The notes: generated from the letters alone by a model not told the origin. 64,000 nucleotides of DNA from Polyangiales bacterium (GCA_964202905.1 CAXNJO010000003.1:384001-448000), one strand, 5' to 3'. Positions 10,382-20,715 are shown, counted from the first letter of the stretch. Numbers and translations are program-made.

Positions 10382-11899
10382 TTGCCGCGCTTCGCCGCCA
10401 TCGACGTGGGCTCGAACGCCTCCCGCCTGCGCATCGTCGAGGCGGACGCGCCCGGCGTGCTCCGCGAGATCACCGCGCTGCGCGTGCCGGTGCGACTCGG
10501 ACACGCCGTGTTCCTCACGGGCAAGCTCGATCCGCGCACGATCGATCAGGCGGTCGCAGCGCTCCGCAAGTTCGCCGAGGCGATGGAGGACGCGGAGGTC
10601 GAGCGGCACCGCGCGGTCGTGACGGCCTCGGCGCGCGAGGCCGACAACGCGGAGGTCCTCCTCACGCGGGTGCGATCGGAGACGGGCCTCACGCTCGAGG
10701 CGATCGACGGCGGCGAGGAGGCGCGCCTCGTCAAGCTCGCCGTGTCGCGCGCGATGGACCTCCACGATCGCCGCGCGCTGCTGATGGACCTCGGCGGCGG
10801 GAGCCTCGAGATCAGCGAGGTGGACAGCGGCGAGACGCTCTTCTCGACCTCGCTCGAGATCGGGACGGTGCGGCTGCTCGAGTCGTTCCTCTTGCCGGGC
10901 AAGCCCGTCAAGACGCCGCAGGAGCGCGTCCTCGTCGAGTACCTCGACCGCATGCTCGCGCCGCTCGCGCCGGGGCTGGCGCGCCGCAAGTTCGACGTCG
11001 TCGCGGGGACGGGCGGCAACTTCGAGGCGATCGCGCAGCTCGCGGCACGCCCCGGCGAGCCAGGCATCATCGACGTCGCGCGGGCGCGCGCGCTGCTCAC
11101 GCGGGCCGCGGCGCTCACCCCGCGGCAGCGCTGCGAGCAACTCGCGGTGCGCGCCGATCGCGCGGACGTGCTCGTGCCCGCGCTCTACGTGCTGCTCGCC
11201 GTCGCGGACGCGGCCCGCGCGAAGGAGATCGTCGCGCCCGGCGTGGGCCTGAAGGACGGCATCGTCTTCGAGCTCGTCGACAAGTACTTCCGCGTCTGGG
11301 ACTACCGCGGCGAAGACGACGCGGCCGCGAGCGCCGCGGTCCAGCTCGGCCGCCGCTACCACTTCGACGAGGCGCACGCGCTGCAGGTCGACCGCCTCGC
11401 GGTGCGCCTCTTCGACGACCTTCAGGCGCTGCACAAGCTCGGCCCGCGCGAGCGGCGCTACCTGCGCCTCGCCGCGATCCTCCACGACGTGGGCGACTTC
11501 GTGCACTTCGCGGCGCACCACAAGCACACGCAGTACCTGATCGAGCACTCGGAGCTGATGGGCGTGTCGCCGGCCGAGCGCCTCCTCGTCGGCTGCATCG
11601 CGCGCTACCACCGCCGCGCCCTCCCCTCGACGCGGCACGCGAGCTACCGCGCGCTCGACACGCAGCAGCGGGCGACGGTGCGCAAGCTCGGCGGGCTCCT
11701 GCGCCTCGCGGACGCGCTCGACCGCGAGCACCTCGGCAAGGTGAAATCCGTCGAGGCGCGCGCGGCGCGCGACGCGGTGACGCTGCGCGTGCGCGGCGAG
11801 GGCGACATCGCGCTCGAGGTGTGGACCGTCGAACGCAAGGCGTCGCTCTTCGAGAAGAGCCTGCGACGCAAGGTCGTCGTCGACGTCGTCGGGCGCTGA
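10382..11899 (+). CDS. ppx: Ppx/GppA exopolyphosphatase with HD domain
   Basis: AIDVGSN, TASARE, EEARL, DLGGGSLE, ILHDVG, RYHRR. Confidence 0.93.
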   Translation: MPRFAAIDVGSNASRLRIVEADAPGVLREITALRVPVRLGHAVFLTGKLDPRTIDQAVAALRKFAEAMEDAEVERHRAVVTASAREADNAEVLLTRVRSETGLTLEAIDGGEEARLVKLAVSRAMDLHDRRALLMDLGGGSLEISEVDSGETLFSTSLEIGTVRLLESFLLPGKPVKTPQERVLVEYLDRMLAPLAPGLARRKFDVVAGTGGNFEAIAQLAARPGEPGIIDVARARALLTRAAALTPRQRCEQLAVRADRADVLVPALYVLLAVADAARAKEIVAPGVGLKDGIVFELVDKYFRVWDYRGEDDAAASAAVQLGRRYHFDEAHALQVDRLAVRLFDDLQALHKLGPRERRYLRLAAILHDVGDFVHFAAHHKHTQYLIEHSELMGVSPAERLLVGCIARYHRRALPSTRHASYRALDTQQRATVRKLGGLLRLADALDREHLGKVKSVEARAARDAVTLRVRGEGDIALEVWTVERKASLFEKSLRRKVVVDVVGR

Positions 11900-11914
11900 C
11901 GCGCACGGGATGGG

Positions 11915-11998
11915 TAGCCGAGGTCGGGCTCGAACCGACACTCCCTTGCGGGAACGGGATTTTGAGTCCCGCGCGTCTGCCTATTTCGCCACTCGGCC
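11915..11998 (-). tRNA. tRNA-Leu (CAA)
   Basis: Acceptor GGCCGAG/CTCGGCT, D arm GGCGAAATAGGCAGACGC, anticodon stem CGGGA/TCCCG with loop CTCAAAA, long variable arm, GGTTCGAGCC T arm. Confidence 0.97.
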
Positions 11999-12063
11999 GA
12001 GCGGTAAGGGGCGAGGTGTAACAGCGATGCCCGCGCATTGCACGCGCGTTTCGCGCGCGACGC

Positions 12064-12092
12064 TTGTCCCCCGGGCGCGCGTTCGCTAGTCT
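12064..12092 (+). promoter_or_regulatory. sigma70-type promoter of the 12185-13890 operon
   Basis: TTGTCC-N17-TAGTCT. Confidence 0.55.
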
Positions 12093-12184
12093 CCGCCGCC
12101 CGCTCCGGACGCGGGCGCGCGACGCGTGCCGCCGCGCCGGAGCCCACCTGCTCCCCGCAGGGGAAACACAGACGGAACACGACG

Positions 12185-12514
12185 ATGAGCAAGCTCTCCG
12201 ATTTCCTGAAGACGAAGAAGATCGACGCCCGCCGCCTCATCGCGGCCTCGAAGGACCTCGAGCAGCTCCGCCCCGAGGACCGCGCGCTCAAGCTCCTGAA
12301 GAGCCAGGCGAAGGCCGGCAACGAGGCCGCGAAGGGCAAGGTCGACCCGAAGGCGAAGCCGCGCTCGGGCCGCGCCGTGTCGCAGCCGACGATGGACGCC
12401 GCGCTCGCGGGCGAGGCCGTCAACGGCCCCGCGAAGACGCGCATCCTGCGCGCCGTGAACAGCGTTCTCAAGACGAAGAAGGCGCCCGAGGCGGCGCTCA
12501 AAGAACTCTTCTGA
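12185..12514 (+). CDS. Small Lys-rich basic protein, possibly DNA-binding
   Basis: MSKLSDFLKTKKIDARRL...RSGRAVSQPTMDAALAGEAVNGPAKTRILRAVN; strong codon bias. Confidence 0.8.
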   Translation: MSKLSDFLKTKKIDARRLIAASKDLEQLRPEDRALKLLKSQAKAGNEAAKGKVDPKAKPRSGRAVSQPTMDAALAGEAVNGPAKTRILRAVNSVLKTKKAPEAALKELF

Positions 12515-12521
12515 GCCGACC

Positions 12522-12839
12522 ATGAGCCCGGACCTGCTGGGCGACGCCGCCGTCGACGAGGCACTCCGCGCGCTGCCGCTCTGGCGGCGCGTCGGGGAAC
12601 GCCTCGAGCGCGAGGTGGTGTGCCCGAGCTTCCGGGCGGCCGTGGCCCTCGTGAACCGGATCGCCGACGTCGCCGACGAGGACGACCACCATCCGGACCT
12701 CGCGCTGTCGTACACGCGCCTGCGCATCACGACGACGACGCACGACGCGGGCGGCCTGACGGGGCGCGATCTGCGGCTCGCGGCGCGGATCGACGCATGC
12801 GTCGCGGGCGTCGTCGCGCGCGCAGGGCACGATGGCTGA
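12522..12839 (+). CDS. phhB: Pterin-4a-carbinolamine dehydratase
   Basis: DHHPD and TTHDAGGLT..D..LAARID motifs. Confidence 0.9.
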   Translation: MSPDLLGDAAVDEALRALPLWRRVGERLEREVVCPSFRAAVALVNRIADVADEDDHHPDLALSYTRLRITTTTHDAGGLTGRDLRLAARIDACVAGVVARAGHDG

Positions 12840-13890
12840 CGCACCGCGCAGCACCCCGCCCCCGACGGGCACCTGGCAGGACCGGGTCGCCGTCGTCGTG
12901 AACGGCAACGCGAAGCGCGTCACCGACGAGCTGGTCGAGACGCTCGATCAGATCGTGCAGAGCGGCGACCTCTTCGTCTCGCGCTCGCTCGAAGAGGGAC
13001 GCGAGATCGCGCGTACCATCGCAGAGCGTGGTTATCCGACCGTCCTCACCGGAGGCGGTGACGGCACGTTCGTGCAGGTCGTGACGTGGGTCACGCAGTC
13101 GTGCGACGCGCTCGGGAGGCGCTGGCCGCGCTTCGGTTTTCTGAGGCTCGGCACCGGCAACGCGATCGCGTGGGTGCTCGGCGCGCAGGACGACAAGGGC
13201 AAGGGCGTCGTCGCCGACCTCGGGCGATTGCGGCGCACGGGTGGCTCGCGGCGGCTGCGGCTGCTCGACGTCGAGGGGACGCTGACGCCGTTCGCGGGGC
13301 TCGGCATCGACTCCATCGCGCTCGACCACTACGCGCAGACGCGCGACCTCTTCGCGCGCACGCCGGTGCTGCGGCGCTTCGCGGGGGGCGGTGCGACGTA
13401 CATCACCTCCGTGGTCACGCGCTCGCTGCCGGAGTTCCTCTTCCGCCCGCACCCGCGCGTCCGCATCGTGAACGAGGGCGAGGACGCCCTCGTGATGGGC
13501 CGCGACGGGCGGCCGATCGGCCCCGCGATCCCGCGCGGCGGCGTGCTCTACGACGGCCCCTCGCGCCTCGTCGCATTCGCCACGATCCCCTACTGGGGAT
13601 TCGGCGCGCGCATCTTCCCTTACGCGGACGAGCGCGAAGACCGCTTCTCCCTGCGCGTGATCGACATCACGAGCGCGCAGGTCGCGCTGCACATCCGGCG
13701 CATCTGGGACGGCACGTACCGCAGCGACACGATCCACGACTTCCTCTGCGAGCGGATCTCGGTGCACTTCGAGGAGCCGATGCCGCTGCAGATCGGCGGC
13801 GATCTGTGCGGCGCGCGCCGCGTCGTGCACGTCGCGCTCTCGGCGCGCCCGATCGACGTCGTCGACCACTACGCGCCGCCCGCGGTGTAG
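12832..13890 (+). CDS. Diacylglycerol kinase family lipid kinase
   Basis: VVVNGNA, GGGDGT, LGTGNA, AGLGID, QIGGD. Confidence 0.85.
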   Translation: MADAPRSTPPPTGTWQDRVAVVVNGNAKRVTDELVETLDQIVQSGDLFVSRSLEEGREIARTIAERGYPTVLTGGGDGTFVQVVTWVTQSCDALGRRWPRFGFLRLGTGNAIAWVLGAQDDKGKGVVADLGRLRRTGGSRRLRLLDVEGTLTPFAGLGIDSIALDHYAQTRDLFARTPVLRRFAGGGATYITSVVTRSLPEFLFRPHPRVRIVNEGEDALVMGRDGRPIGPAIPRGGVLYDGPSRLVAFATIPYWGFGARIFPYADEREDRFSLRVIDITSAQVALHIRRIWDGTYRSDTIHDFLCERISVHFEEPMPLQIGGDLCGARRVVHVALSARPIDVVDHYAPPAV

Positions 13891-13917
13891 CGGCCGTCGG
13901 CGCGACCGACGGCGACG

Positions 13918-14790
13918 TCAGGGCGCGAACGCGACGTCGACCGCGTGCGGGATGACGCCCGCCGCGTGTCCGCGCGCGAGCAGATCGACGATCGCGCGGC
14001 GGCCGAGCGTGCCGTAGTCGAGCGTGTCCGCGTTGGCGTACATCGCGAGGTAGCGGTCGACGAGCGCCGGGTCGCGCGGGACGCCCTCGCGCGTCTCGCC
14101 CGCGACCAGCCACGCGATGACCTCGTCGCGGTGCGCGAGCGCGCAGGCGATGCTCTCGCGCAGCACGTCCGAGACGAGGGCGATCGTCTCGGCGCCGAGG
14201 TCGCGGCGGATCACGTTCCCGCCGAGCGGGAGCGGCAGCCCCGTGAGCCCCTGCCAGGCCTCACCGAGATCGAGCGCGCGGTGCAGCCCCTCGCGCTCGT
14301 AGAGCAGGCGCCCCTCGTGGATGAGGAGCGCAGCCTCGACCTCGCCGCCGCGCACCGCGTCGAAAGCCTTGCGAAATGGGGAGATCGGCACGATCACGGG
14401 CGTGAAGGCGTCGCCGAGCAGCAGACGCAACGCGAGATACGCCGTGGTGCGCAGCCCCGGCACGCCGAGCCGCGCGTGCGCGAGCGCGTCGAGGTCGCGC
14501 GGGGTCGCCGAGACGAGCACGGGGCCGTAGCCGACGCCCACCGAGCCGCCGTGCGGCAGCAGCAGCCAGCGGTCGGCGAGGTACGCGTACTGGTGGATCG
14601 AGACCGCGGAGACGTCCGGCGCGTCCGGGTCTTCGGCGGCGCGGTTGAGCGACTCGGTGTCCGCGCGGACGTGCGTGAAGCGCAGGCCGCGCGTGTCGAT
14701 GCGCCCCTCGCGGATCGCCCAGAACATGAACGCGTCGTCGGCGTCGGGGCTGTACGCGAGGCGGATCGTGCGGGGCGCGGCGTCGGGCAC
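13918..14790 (-). CDS. mqnD: 1,4-dihydroxy-6-naphthoate synthase (futalosine menaquinone pathway)
   Basis: AYSPDADDAFMF, GYGP, TTAYL, LIHEG, LPLPLGGN, MYAN; GTG 14790 preceded by TACGTT; falsely fused to the upstream gene in the ORF track. Confidence 0.85.
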   Translation of the reverse strand: MPDAAPRTIRLAYSPDADDAFMFWAIREGRIDTRGLRFTHVRADTESLNRAAEDPDAPDVSAVSIHQYAYLADRWLLLPHGGSVGVGYGPVLVSATPRDLDALAHARLGVPGLRTTAYLALRLLLGDAFTPVIVPISPFRKAFDAVRGGEVEAALLIHEGRLLYEREGLHRALDLGEAWQGLTGLPLPLGGNVIRRDLGAETIALVSDVLRESIACALAHRDEVIAWLVAGETREGVPRDPALVDRYLAMYANADTLDYGTLGRRAIVDLLARGHAAGVIPHAVDVAFAP

Positions 14791-14843
14791 GGGGCGAACG
14801 TAGGCGGCGCGGCCGAGCGCGGCAACGCGGCGACGCGGCGCGC

Positions 14844-15546
14844 TCAGAAACGGAGGTCCCGCGCCGAGCCCCAGCGAGAGGAAACCCGCGCCGTTGCGGG
14901 TGTCGGACGACGCCTCGCCGTTGAAGGCGATCGGCGAGCCGGTGAGCGCCAACTCGAGGGGGACGTCCCAGCGCCCGAACCGGAAATGCAGGCCGATCAG
15001 CAGGCCGAGGCCCGTCATCGCGATGGCGTTCTGGCCGTCGGTGTCGACGATCGCCGCGCCGAGGCGGGGACCGAACACGAGCTGGTGCGGGCCGAGGTCG
15101 AACCCGGTGAGCCACGCCACCGCGAGGTTGGGGCACCAGTAGCCCGCGCCGCCGAGGCGGATCTCGTGGTAGCCGACCGACGTGACGAGCGCGCCGTTCC
15201 AACGGCCGACGTCGAGCGCCTGCCACTTGAGGTCGAACGCAGCACCCCACGACCAGAAGCCCGGTACGCCCGTGAGGTGCGCGCGCCCCCCGAGCTCGAG
15301 GTGCGGCGCGATCCCACGGTGATAGCTGCCCACGAGCCGCGCGTAGGGCAGCTGCAGCGGATCGCCGCTGGAGATGCGCGGCGAGATCAGGGTGGCGTCG
15401 GCCATGAGCGCCACGCGCGAGGTGTTCGGCGCGAGCACGTCCGCGCGGCCGAGGCCGATCTGCGGGGCGCAGCCCGCGGCGAGCGTCGCGAGCACCACGA
15501 GCCCCGCGAGCGCGGCGCGCGGCGTCGTTCGGGTTCGGGCGCTCAC
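14844..15546 (-). CDS. Lipoprotein with beta-barrel-like body (one frameshift near 14860)
   Basis: LAAGC lipobox, amphipathic strands; removing one G from gcgggacctccgtttctga gives ...GLGADLRF-stop with a terminal Phe; GTGA overlap with the upstream stop. Confidence 0.6.
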
Positions 15547-16886
15547 TCGAGCGCCACGAAGCTCAGGAAGGCCGCGCACATGTCCTGGTTCGCGTCGCCC
15601 CACCCGATGTCGCGCGGCGTCGTGCCGGGCACGGGCTGATTGGCGGCCGTGTTGTCGAAGTGACACTCGACGTAGAGCTCGTCGTCCGGCTCGAGCACGA
15701 CGGGCGCCTCGAACCAGAACGGCTGCTCCCACCCGAAGTCCCAGCGCCCGATCTCGGTGAGGCACTCGACCTCGCCGCCCGCGCGGATCACGCGCAGGGC
15801 GAAGCGCGTGCCGAACTGGTGCATGTGCGGCGACGCGCTCACGAGCTGCACGCGCCGCCCACCCGTGAGCACCGTCGGCCGGGAGCGAAACCAGTAGACC
15901 GCGTCCGGGTCGCCGGCCTCGACGACCATCGCGCCCGAGACCAGCCACAGCGGATTGAGGAACGCCATCGTCTCGAGCGGGCGGGCCTCAGGGTCGAGGC
16001 GCAGCGCGACGCGCGTGAGGTCGGGCTCGGGCGGCGGGCCGAACTCCGGCACCGCGTAGTGGATGTTGAGCACGATCTTCGACCCCGGCGCGACCTCGCG
16101 ACCGACGCCATCGGGGAAGTCCGAGCCGAGGAGACTGCCGCCGAGGAGGTGATAACCGCCGAGGCTGCCGAACGCCCCGGCGCAATCGAAACCGGGCCCC
16201 GGATCGGCGCGGTCCGCGGCCTCGTAGCGCGGGACGGCCGCAGGCTCGACGGCGGCGACGATGAGGTGGTGCACGATCCCGCGGTTGCTCGGCATCGGAT
16301 CGAAACCGGTGACGAACGCGCGCTCGTCGCGTGGCCAGTCGAGCAGAAAGCAGCGGACGTCGTCGGTCTGCCCGGGCGGAGGCGCGGGCGTGTAGGCCTC
16401 GGGCATCTCGAGCACGAGGTCGGTGCGCGAGAGCCCACCCTCCGGCGGCACCGGCGCAGGCGTCATCGGCGGCCCCTCGGGCGAGCCCGCGGCGATCCAC
16501 GCGACGACCAGCGCGATCTCCGCGTCGGTCAGCGACGGGTCGAAGCGATACGGGCGGCAGCAATCGTCCGCGAGAAAGGGCGGCATCGTGTGGCGGACGA
16601 CCGCGTCGCGTACCTCGTCGAGCTGCGTCCGCACGTCGGCGTACGTCGTGAGCGGGAAGGGCGCGAGGCCGTCGGTGACGTGGCAGCGCGCGCATTTCCG
16701 CGCGAGGAGCGGCGCGACGTGCTCGGTGTACGTCGGCTCGGCGACGGGAGACGCGACGTCCGGCGGCGGCGCGAGGCTGCACCACGGCGCGTCGAGGGGG
16801 CCCTCCTCGCAGGCCGTCACGGCGACGAGCCCCGCGACCGCGAGGGACGCCCCGAGCACGCGCGCGCCGAACATCCTCCGCCTCAT
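15543..16886 (-). CDS. Lipoprotein: cytochrome c domain plus PHM/DBH-like type II copper monooxygenase domains
   Basis: VTAC lipobox, CARCH...MPP, IVHHLI, NIHY, PHMH, WDFGWEQ, QDMC. Confidence 0.8.
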   Translation of the reverse strand: MRRRMFGARVLGASLAVAGLVAVTACEEGPLDAPWCSLAPPPDVASPVAEPTYTEHVAPLLARKCARCHVTDGLAPFPLTTYADVRTQLDEVRDAVVRHTMPPFLADDCCRPYRFDPSLTDAEIALVVAWIAAGSPEGPPMTPAPVPPEGGLSRTDLVLEMPEAYTPAPPPGQTDDVRCFLLDWPRDERAFVTGFDPMPSNRGIVHHLIVAAVEPAAVPRYEAADRADPGPGFDCAGAFGSLGGYHLLGGSLLGSDFPDGVGREVAPGSKIVLNIHYAVPEFGPPPEPDLTRVALRLDPEARPLETMAFLNPLWLVSGAMVVEAGDPDAVYWFRSRPTVLTGGRRVQLVSASPHMHQFGTRFALRVIRAGGEVECLTEIGRWDFGWEQPFWFEAPVVLEPDDELYVECHFDNTAANQPVPGTTPRDIGWGDANQDMCAAFLSFVALE

Positions 16887-16982
16887 CGCCCCCCTGCCCG
16901 TCGAGGTGGGGACCACAGTCGCGTCCGCACATCAACGCGCCGCCCCACACCCCGAGGCGCGGCGCGCACGCACGCTTGCGCG

Positions 16983-17012
16983 TTGACCGGGGAACGGGGC
17001 GCCGCGTACGAT
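16983..17012 (+). promoter_or_regulatory. sigma70-type promoter
   Basis: TTGACC-N18-TACGAT upstream of ATG 17054. Confidence 0.55.
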
Positions 17013-17053
17013 GCCGCCCCGTCGACGAAGTCGCCACCAACCAAGGGTTTTCG

Positions 17054-17818
17054 ATGATCGACCCGTTTCACCGGTCGCGCCCGCGGGGCGCGTCGCGATC
17101 CGTCATCCCCTCCGCCCTCGTCGTCGCCGGCGCCGTCGCGGCGATCGGCGCCGCGGCGCTGCCCTCCCCGGCCGCGCTCGCGGGTGATGTGAAGGGCCTG
17201 CTGCGCGCGCCCGAGGGCTACGTCCCGACGCCCGGCGCCGACGAGCGCAAACCCTTCTACTGGGAGGAGTGGAACGGCTTCCTCGACCCGCGGCCACGCC
17301 GGGTCGACATGCGCCGCGACGTCGCCGTCGTGCTGCTCGGGCCGCCGCAGGTCGGCGCGGAGAGCCACGCCGCGGTCACGCTCACCGGCGGCTCGCTCTC
17401 CCCGGCGACCATCGTCGTGCGCCCGGACACGATCGTCCGCATCGAGAACCGCGACGATTTCGCGCACGAGCTCTTCGCGGTGGGGCTGGACGGCTTCTCG
17501 GCGGAGGCGACCTCCTCCGGTCAGGCGCGCACCGTGCGCGTCACACAGCCCGGGAACTGGCTGATCCGCGACCGGCAGGTGGCGCACGTGCGCGGGCACC
17601 TGCACGTCATCGCGGACCTCAGCGCCGTCGCGACGGTAGAGGCGAGCGGCGAGTACAAGTTCACGAACGTCGCGCCCGGTCAGTACACGGTGAAGGTGCT
17701 GCACGGCCCGAACGAAGTCGCGAGCGCGACGGCGCAGGTCGTCGACACGCGCGAACTGGTGATCGATCCCCTCGTGCTTACTGCACCCGCACGCGCCGCC
17801 GCGACCGCACCGCGCTGA
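17054..17818 (+). CDS. Exported cupredoxin-like/carboxypeptidase-regulatory-like beta-sandwich protein
   Basis: Signal peptide ending ALA, IENRDDFAHELF, GEYKFTNVAPGQYTVKVLH. Confidence 0.7.
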   Translation: MIDPFHRSRPRGASRSVIPSALVVAGAVAAIGAAALPSPAALAGDVKGLLRAPEGYVPTPGADERKPFYWEEWNGFLDPRPRRVDMRRDVAVVLLGPPQVGAESHAAVTLTGGSLSPATIVVRPDTIVRIENRDDFAHELFAVGLDGFSAEATSSGQARTVRVTQPGNWLIRDRQVAHVRGHLHVIADLSAVATVEASGEYKFTNVAPGQYTVKVLHGPNEVASATAQVVDTRELVIDPLVLTAPARAAATAPR

Positions 17819-17833
17819 AGGGACAACGGACGC

Positions 17834-19664
17834 ATGGTGCTCTCTCGCTTCTGGGTCTTCGCGCTCTCGATCGTCGCCGCGGCCGCCGTCGCCGCGGCTC
17901 TCCTCGCGCAGGGCATGGTCAACCGGCAATCGCTCGCCGACCTCGAGGACGGCCTGCGCCGCGATCGGCTCGAGGTCGAGCAGACGCTCAAGCTCGACGC
18001 GCGCGCGCGCCTCGACGCGATCGCGCCGCTCGCCGCGCACCCCGACGTCCGCAGCGCGCTCAAGTCCGCGACGGACCGGCGCAGCGACGACGAACTGCGC
18101 GCGCTCAACACCTCGCTCAAGCCGCGCTTGCAGGAGCTCAACCGTCAGCTCCTCGGCATGAGCGCCGACCTGCTCTTCGCGGTCGACGCGGGCGGCGTCG
18201 TGGTCGCGCAGCTCGGGCCGAGCGAGGCGCGTTTCGGCGCGGGGATCGGGACGTTCCCGCTCGTCGACCGCGCGCTCGCGGGCTTCGTGCGAGACGACAT
18301 CTGGGTGTACGACGGCGCGGTGTACCGCATGGCCGCGCGCCCGGTGATCGACGCGGGCGGCTACGTCGGCGCGCTCGTGCACGGCAAGAAGCTCGACGAG
18401 GGCCTCGCGACGCTGCTCTCGCGGCGCGTCGGCGGCGCGACGGTGGGCTTCTTCCGCAGGGACGCGATGGTCGGCTGTTTCACACCGCTCGACGTCGCGG
18501 GTGCCCCGACGCAGGCCGAGGTCGGCGCGCTGCTCGCGACCGCGCTCACGAACTCCGAGCTCGCGGTCGGCAACGTGACGCCGCCCGTCGACGTCGCGGG
18601 CCGTGGCCGCGCCGTGTTCTCGCTCGTGACGGGCAGCGCCGCCGACGCACAGGTCGGCTACGTCATCGCACGTCCGCTGACGCTGCTCGCGTCGCCGATG
18701 GCGCTGTTCGACCAGGCGACGACCGAGGACTTCGCCCGGCTCCCGAAGGGGCCGCTCGGCGGCGCCGCGTTCGCGCTCTTCGTGCTCGGCATGACGTTCT
18801 TCTGGCTCGAGAAGGACCGCCCCTTCGGCCGGCTCCGGAAGCGCGCGCAGGAGCTCGGGGCGCGCAAGATCGAGCGGCTCCCGGTCGCGGACTTCGGGGG
18901 TGGCTACCGCCGCATCGCCGAGGACGTGAACGCCGCCATCGACAAGGCGATCGAGCACGCGAGCGAGCACGCCCCGCGCAAGAAGGCGAACCTCGACGAG
19001 CTGCTCGGTCCGATGTCGGGTGCGCAGGCGCCCGCGTTCTTCGGGTTCGCAGGGGGCGCGCAGGACGCGGACATCCCCGCCGCGCCGCCCCCGGCCCGGC
19101 CTGCACCCGGCGCCGCGCCCGCGCGCCGCGCAGGCCCCGCTGTCCCGCCGCGCCCCGCCGGCCCCGCCGCCGCGCCCCCGCCCCCCGGTGCGTGCGCCGC
19201 GGTCACCCGTCGCGCCGCCCGCGCCGCCGACGGCCGCTGCGCCCGCGGCCGCCGCGCGGCCCGCGCCACCCGAGCCCACCGCGCCGCCGCAGGGCAGCCC
19301 TTACATGACCGTCGCACCGCCCGCGGCGAGCGCCTTCGACGACGACGGTCCAGAAGAGGGCGCGACGATGGTCGCGCGCATCCCGGAATCGCTGCTCAGC
19401 GCGTCGGCGACGGGCCAACTCTGGGCGATCACGCAGGGCGCGGCCGAGGACGAGCTCCACTTCCGGCAGGTCTTCGAGGAGTTTGTCGCGACCAAGCAGC
19501 AATGCGGCGAGCCCACGGCGGGCTTCACGTACGAGAAGTTCGTGCAGACGCTCCGCAAGAACCGCGAGCAGATCGTCGCGCGACACGGCGCAAAGGGCGT
19601 GCGGTTCACCGTGTACATGAAGGACGGCAAGGCCGCCCTGAAGGCCGCACCCGTCAAGGAGTGA
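17834..19664 (+). CDS. MXAN_5187-family membrane protein (frameshift in the Pro-rich linker near 19185)
   Basis: TM-periplasmic-TM-HAMP-like part in ORF 17834; C-terminal HFRQVFEEFVATKQQCGEPT...VRFTVYMKDGKAALKA in ORF 19020-19664. Confidence 0.8.
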
Positions 19665-19840
19665 GGCCTTCCCCCGTCGAGGCGTGACGCGCGCTGCGCG
19701 TCGGCGGTCACGCGGCCGTGAGCCCGTCCACGTCGCGGGGGCGCGGGTCGTGTCACCGCGCTGGCGCCCCGATTTTCCAGTCTCGACAGGGTGTGGCGAA
19801 TCGCGCAACCTCGCGCCTCCAACTCCGGGAGTATGAGACC

Positions 19841-20539
19841 ATGCGTAAGATTTCCTTCCTGTGCGCGCTCGCCGCGCTGACCTTCGTCACGGCCGCCTGT
19901 GGCGACGACGACGACACCCCGCCGCCCATGCCGATGGTCGACCTCGGTCCCGCGGACGCTGGCCCGGCCGACCTCGGCCGCGACATGAACGTGCCGCCCC
20001 CCGTCGACATGGGCGCCGTCGACGTGTGCGCGGCCGCGGACGCCGAGGAGGCGCTCGCGACCTTCGACTGCAACGGCGATCCCGTTGGCCCCGGCGCCGC
20101 GGACGCGCTCTTCGGTAGCTGCACGCCCGATGCCGATCCGGAGATGAATCGCGCCGGCTCGTGCACCGGCGCGGGCAGCGTCTGCTTCGGAGAGCCAGGC
20201 GAGGCGTTCTGCATGACGCCGTGTGAGGGCGCGACGGACGGCCTCTACGCCCAGACCGGTGACTGTGCCGCGGGCTCGCGCTGCATCACGGCCTTCTCGG
20301 AGGACGGCGCGACGGGCCTCTGTGCGCCGAGCTGCGCGAGCGACGCGGACTGCGCCTCGGGCTACTGCGACCCGACGGACGGCTCCTGCTACTTGAACCC
20401 GGATCCGCCTCTCGTCCCCGACGCCGGCACGCCGGACGCCGGCACCATGGACACCGACGCGGGCACGATGGACGTCGACGCGGGCATGGGCGACAGCGAC
20501 GCGGGTGCGGCCGGCGCCGACGCGGGCCCGCCCTCCTGA
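19841..20539 (+). CDS. Cys-rich acidic lipoprotein with DAG repeats
   Basis: MRKISFLCALAALTFVTAAC-GDDDD; many Cys; GGGAG RBS. Confidence 0.85.
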   Translation: MRKISFLCALAALTFVTAACGDDDDTPPPMPMVDLGPADAGPADLGRDMNVPPPVDMGAVDVCAAADAEEALATFDCNGDPVGPGAADALFGSCTPDADPEMNRAGSCTGAGSVCFGEPGEAFCMTPCEGATDGLYAQTGDCAAGSRCITAFSEDGATGLCAPSCASDADCASGYCDPTDGSCYLNPDPPLVPDAGTPDAGTMDTDAGTMDVDAGMGDSDAGAAGADAGPPS

Positions 20540-20596
20540 TCCGCGACGAGGTCGGGCATCGCATCCGCGAAGTCCGGCCTCCTCGTTCTCGACGAG

Positions 20597-20628
20597 ACGC
20601 CGCGGGGGGCCTCCCTCCGCGGCGTTTT
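20597..20628 (+). terminator. Intrinsic terminator
   Basis: ACGCCGCGG...CCGCGGCGT stem followed by a short T run. Confidence 0.6.
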
Positions 20629-20680
20629 CGCGTGGGGCGCCCGGGGGCGGCAGCCCCGCACAGCCGACGCGATGCGACCC

Positions 20681-20709
20681 TTGACCCCGCGCAAGCGGGT
20701 CCCCACGAT
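20681..20709 (+). promoter_or_regulatory. sigma70-type promoter of the 6S RNA
   Basis: TTGACC-N17-CACGAT; predicted +1 near 20716, at the base of the closing stem. Confidence 0.6.
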
Positions 20710-20715
20710 GGGACG

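Noticed and set aside
11900..12200. Genomic island at tRNA-Leu
   Set aside because: No integrase, no duplicated tRNA 3' end noticed, and core genes on both sides.
13918..15948. 676-aa barrel-MqnD fusion in the ORF track
   Set aside because: One extra G near 14860 explains it; mqnD has its own start and -10 box.
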